Assembly: GCA_905234685.1 (NCBI GenBank)
Contig: CAJOIR010000005.1
Span: 1,794 to 65,793, forward strand
Origin: Paludibacteraceae bacterium
GTDB lineage: Bacteria; Bacteroidota; Bacteroidia; Bacteroidales; Paludibacteraceae
Length of the DNA: 64,000 nucleotides
Direction: 5' to 3'
Shown: one piece after another, positions 60,890-64,000 of the stretch
Layout of the letters: each line of letters begins with the position of its first letter
Position numbering within the stretch: the stretch's first letter is position 1
Translations under genes and position numbers: made by a program
The notes under the pieces: generated by a model
Database searches by the model: none
What the model saw: the letters and a program-made list of their open reading frames with translations, nothing else
Told to the model about the DNA's origin: nothing

Positions 60890-63800
60890 ATGAAAAACAA
60901 AACATTCTCTCTCAGCCGTATATGGGCGGTAATGTTGCTCTTGCTTCCTGCGATGGCAATGTTTGCGCAGACTACGGCTTCGGGTGTTGTGGAAGATGCG
61001 GCAAACGGCGAACCCATTATCGGTGCCAGTATTCTTGAGGTAGGTACTACCAACGGTACAATCACCGACTGGGACGGTAACTTCACGCTAAGTGTTGCTG
61101 CAGGTGCACAACTTCAGATTTCCTACATGGGCTACAAGACTCAGACTCTTCCGGCTGCAGCCAACATGCATGTGCGTCTTGGTGAGGACTCGGAACTGCT
61201 TGAGGAAGTGGTGGTAGTAGGTTATGGTGTGGTAAAGAAGAACGATGCCACGGGTTCAGTGACCGCCATCAAGCCTGATGACATGAACAAGGGTCTTGTG
61301 ACCAATGCTCAAGACATGCTGTCGGGTAAGATAGCCGGCGTAAACGTTACCACCTCTGGTGGTGAACCCGGTGCAGGCGCCAATATCCGTATCCGTGGTG
61401 GTTCGTCGCTTTCAGCAAGCAACGATCCTCTTATCGTTATTGACGGTCTGGCTATCGACAACAATGGTATTCAGGGCGTAAGCAACCCATTGTCGATGGT
61501 TAATCCGAACGATATTGAAACATTCACGGTGTTGAAAGACGCTTCAGCAACCGCCATCTACGGTTCACGCGCATCCAACGGTGTGATTATCATCACCACT
61601 AAGAAAGGTGCTGCCGGATCGAAACCTAAATTCTCGTACGAGGGCAACGGTAGTGCAAGTATTCTTACCAAGCGTCTGCAGGTTATGAATGCTGACGAAT
61701 ACCGTACATTCCTTACCAACAACGCAGGTGTATATGGTGACATTTATACCGGTCTCGGTGACCTAACAGGCAAAGGTACAGACTGGCAGAGTGCTCTTAC
61801 ACGCACAGGTTTTGCTACCGACCACAACTTCGGTATCACAGGTGGTACTGCTCACATGCCTTATCGTGCTTCTATCGGTTACACATATCAGGATGGTACT
61901 ATCAAGAAGTCCAATATGCAGCGTCTCACGGCTTCTGTCAATCTCAATCCTTCCTTCCTTGACAAACACCTCACCTTCAACCTCAACGCCAAGGGTATGT
62001 TCATCATGAACACCTACACAGACGGTGGCGGTTTGATAGGCGCAGCTCTTGCAATGGACCCGACGCGTCCTGTTTATAGCGATGCACACAAGGCTGAATA
62101 CGGCGGATACTACCAGACGGAGTCAGCTATCAAACCTGACGACCAGGGACGTTATTTCGATACTGTATGGCGTTATATGATAGACACCAACGTACCTCAA
62201 AACCCTGTGGCTACGTTGGAGACAAAAGATGACAAGTCAAAAGCCGGTTCTTTCGTAGGCAACCTCGAAGTGGACTACAAGATTCACGGATTTGAAGACC
62301 TCCGCCTGCATGCCAACTTCGGTGCTGACTACTCTTATGGTAAACAGAACACCGTGATTGGTCCTAACTCGTCTTCCAACAACTACTACGGTTGGGACGG
62401 TTACACCAAGAAGACCAAATATAATCTCCAGTTCAACGCATACGCGCAATACTATAAGGACTTCAACGAGAATCATCACTTTGATGCTATGGCTGGTTAC
62501 GAGTGGCAACACTTCAAAAACTGGGGCAAAACCGAAGGTAGCGGTCACTATCTTGACACATACAACGATGCAGAACTTGGTACTCACAATGCCGGTCAGA
62601 TATACAACTATTATATGTCAGAGTGGGCAAGCGAAAACTACCTTGTTTCATTCTTCGGTCGTGTCAACTACATCGCTCTCAATCGCTATATGATTACTGC
62701 TACAGTCCGTGGTGACGGTTCCTCACGTTTCGCCAAGGGCAAACAGTGGGGTGTCTTCCCCTCTGTGGCTCTCGGTTGGAAAATCAAGGAAGAGGCATTC
62801 CTGAAAGACGTGAACTGGCTTAGCGAGTTGAAACTGCGTCTCGGTTGGGGTATTACAGGTCAGCAGGAAATAGGTCAGGGTGACTATCCTGGACTTGTGC
62901 TCTACAGCCGCAGCCGTGAGCATGCCTCCTACACGTTAGGCGAGATAGACCCTGCAACAGGCGAATACATCTACTATCAGAGTTATCGTCCTGAGGCATA
63001 CAACACCGAACTGACGTGGGAGAAAACCACTACCTACAATGCAGGTATCGACTATGGCTTCCTCAATGGTCGTATCACTGGTGCTATCGATTACTACTAT
63101 CGCAAGACAACAGACTTGATTTCAGTGGTTGACGTTGCAGCAGGTATGAACTTCAAGAACCAGGTGGTAAGCAACATAGGTTCACTAAGCAACCAAGGTG
63201 TTGAATTCTCAATCAATGCTGTTGCTATTGACAACAAGAAACTCAAATGGGATCTTGGCTTCAACCTTACTTACAACGAGAACAAGATTATCAAGTTGAC
63301 AACAGGCAAGACTGTAGATCCTAATAATCCTTATTTCGTTGAGACCGGTGGAATTTCTGCCGGTACAGGCAATACCATCCAGCGTCATCAGGAAGGTTTG
63401 GCAGCGGGTACATTCTTCGTATATGAAACGACAAAGAGTCCAGAAGGCTATTACGAGATTGTTGACTTGAACAGTGACGGCAACATAGATGAAAACGACC
63501 TCAAGCCTTTCCACAACTCAATGGCACCTGTAACAATGGGCTTCCAGTCAAAGTGGCAGTTCTACAACTTCGACCTCGGTATTACATTCCGTGCCAACAT
63601 AGGCAACTATGTATATAACGATGTTAAGGCAGGTCGAATGAACTCTCTACAGACACCTCAACGTTCAGGCGGTTATACCAACGTGCTGAAAGGTACAGAA
63701 ACAGAATACGCACGTATCTCCGGTTCGAAGACAGTATCAGTCAGCAGCAATGCATACAAAATGGATATCTGGGTTGAGAACGCCTCCTTCATGCGTATAG

Positions 63801-63985
63801 ACAATATTACCCTTGGCTATACATGGAACAAACCCAAGATTAATGCACGTCTCTATGGCTCTGTTTCAAACCCTGTAGTCATTACCGGTTATTCAGGTCT
63901 TGACCCGGAGGTGTTTGGTGGTATTGACAGAAACATTTATCCGAGAAGCATGACTGCTCTTGTAGGTGTAAGTCTGCAATTTTAA
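60890..63985 (+). CDS. SusC/RagA-family TonB-dependent outer-membrane receptor
   Basis: It has a signal peptide and a carboxypeptidase-regulatory-like domain (GVVEDAANGEPIIGASILEVGTTNGTITDWDGNFTL). The plug segments are VVVVGYG and DIETFTVLKDASATAIYGSRASNGVIIITTKKG. The ~1030 aa protein ends in the terminal ...VGVSLQF. A SusD partner is expected just beyond the window. Confidence 0.93.
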   Translation: MKNKTFSLSRIWAVMLLLLPAMAMFAQTTASGVVEDAANGEPIIGASILEVGTTNGTITDWDGNFTLSVAAGAQLQISYMGYKTQTLPAAANMHVRLGEDSELLEEVVVVGYGVVKKNDATGSVTAIKPDDMNKGLVTNAQDMLSGKIAGVNVTTSGGEPGAGANIRIRGGSSLSASNDPLIVIDGLAIDNNGIQGVSNPLSMVNPNDIETFTVLKDASATAIYGSRASNGVIIITTKKGAAGSKPKFSYEGNGSASILTKRLQVMNADEYRTFLTNNAGVYGDIYTGLGDLTGKGTDWQSALTRTGFATDHNFGITGGTAHMPYRASIGYTYQDGTIKKSNMQRLTASVNLNPSFLDKHLTFNLNAKGMFIMNTYTDGGGLIGAALAMDPTRPVYSDAHKAEYGGYYQTESAIKPDDQGRYFDTVWRYMIDTNVPQNPVATLETKDDKSKAGSFVGNLEVDYKIHGFEDLRLHANFGADYSYGKQNTVIGPNSSSNNYYGWDGYTKKTKYNLQFNAYAQYYKDFNENHHFDAMAGYEWQHFKNWGKTEGSGHYLDTYNDAELGTHNAGQIYNYYMSEWASENYLVSFFGRVNYIALNRYMITATVRGDGSSRFAKGKQWGVFPSVALGWKIKEEAFLKDVNWLSELKLRLGWGITGQQEIGQGDYPGLVLYSRSREHASYTLGEIDPATGEYIYYQSYRPEAYNTELTWEKTTTYNAGIDYGFLNGRITGAIDYYYRKTTDLISVVDVAAGMNFKNQVVSNIGSLSNQGVEFSINAVAIDNKKLKWDLGFNLTYNENKIIKLTTGKTVDPNNPYFVETGGISAGTGNTIQRHQEGLAAGTFFVYETTKSPEGYYEIVDLNSDGNIDENDLKPFHNSMAPVTMGFQSKWQFYNFDLGITFRANIGNYVYNDVKAGRMNSLQTPQRSGGYTNVLKGTETEYARISGSKTVSVSSNAYKMDIWVENASFMRIDNITLGYTWNKPKINARLYGSVSNPVVITGYSGLDPEVFGGIDRNIYPRSMTALVGVSLQF

Positions 63986-64000
63986 TGAACCCTAATAAAA

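Noticed and set aside
1-64000. Search for integrases, transposases, IS elements, prophage genes, toxin-antitoxin pairs, rRNA and CRISPR-cas.
   Set aside because: No ORF in any frame shows motifs I could assign to these classes. The only mobility-like signals are the non-coding repeats and the compositionally deviant island.

Overview
This 64 kb window looks like a chromosomal segment of a Bacteroidales genome, probably Prevotellaceae-like. Supporting features are TAnnTTTG -7 promoter boxes, a SusC/RagA receptor, BACON, Big_2 and Listeria-Bacteroides repeat surface proteins, T9SS-type C-terminal domains and a long NusB. This placement is an inference from gene content only. About 46 CDS and one tRNA-Gln are supported. 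Most are conserved housekeeping genes on the minus strand: murF, two skp/ompH, bamA, uppS, radA, pgm, psuG/psuK, hflX, polA, nrnA, rpoN, yajC, nusB, nth, pth, rplY, uvrA, HU, rimO and recQ.

Accessory content falls into five groups:
- At the left edge, a secreted amylolytic cluster: two tandem non-catalytic repeat proteins plus a GH13 with a T9SS CTD.
- At 15980-19290, an AT-rich two-gene island carrying a helicase IV-like SF1 helicase with a nuclease-like insert and two topoisomerase-type zinc ribbons. This is my best candidate for an accessory or defence function.
- At 23457-29179, a three-gene surface-protein operon.
- At 47967-51052, a translationally coupled pair of unknown function.
- At the right edge, an MFS sugar transporter followed by SusC.

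The least explained signal is non-coding. Intergenic regions are packed with families of short word-like tandem arrays, many with ~11-nt periodicity. There are two copies of a ~50-nt palindromic REP-like element and a 61-nt element present twice in opposite orientation. An ~850-bp repeat-dense non-coding segment (19313-20163) is bounded by ~46-bp imperfect inverted repeats that each carry an outward-facing promoter-like box.

I found no integrase, transposase, CRISPR array or rRNA. All functional calls come from reading motifs by eye; no database search was run.
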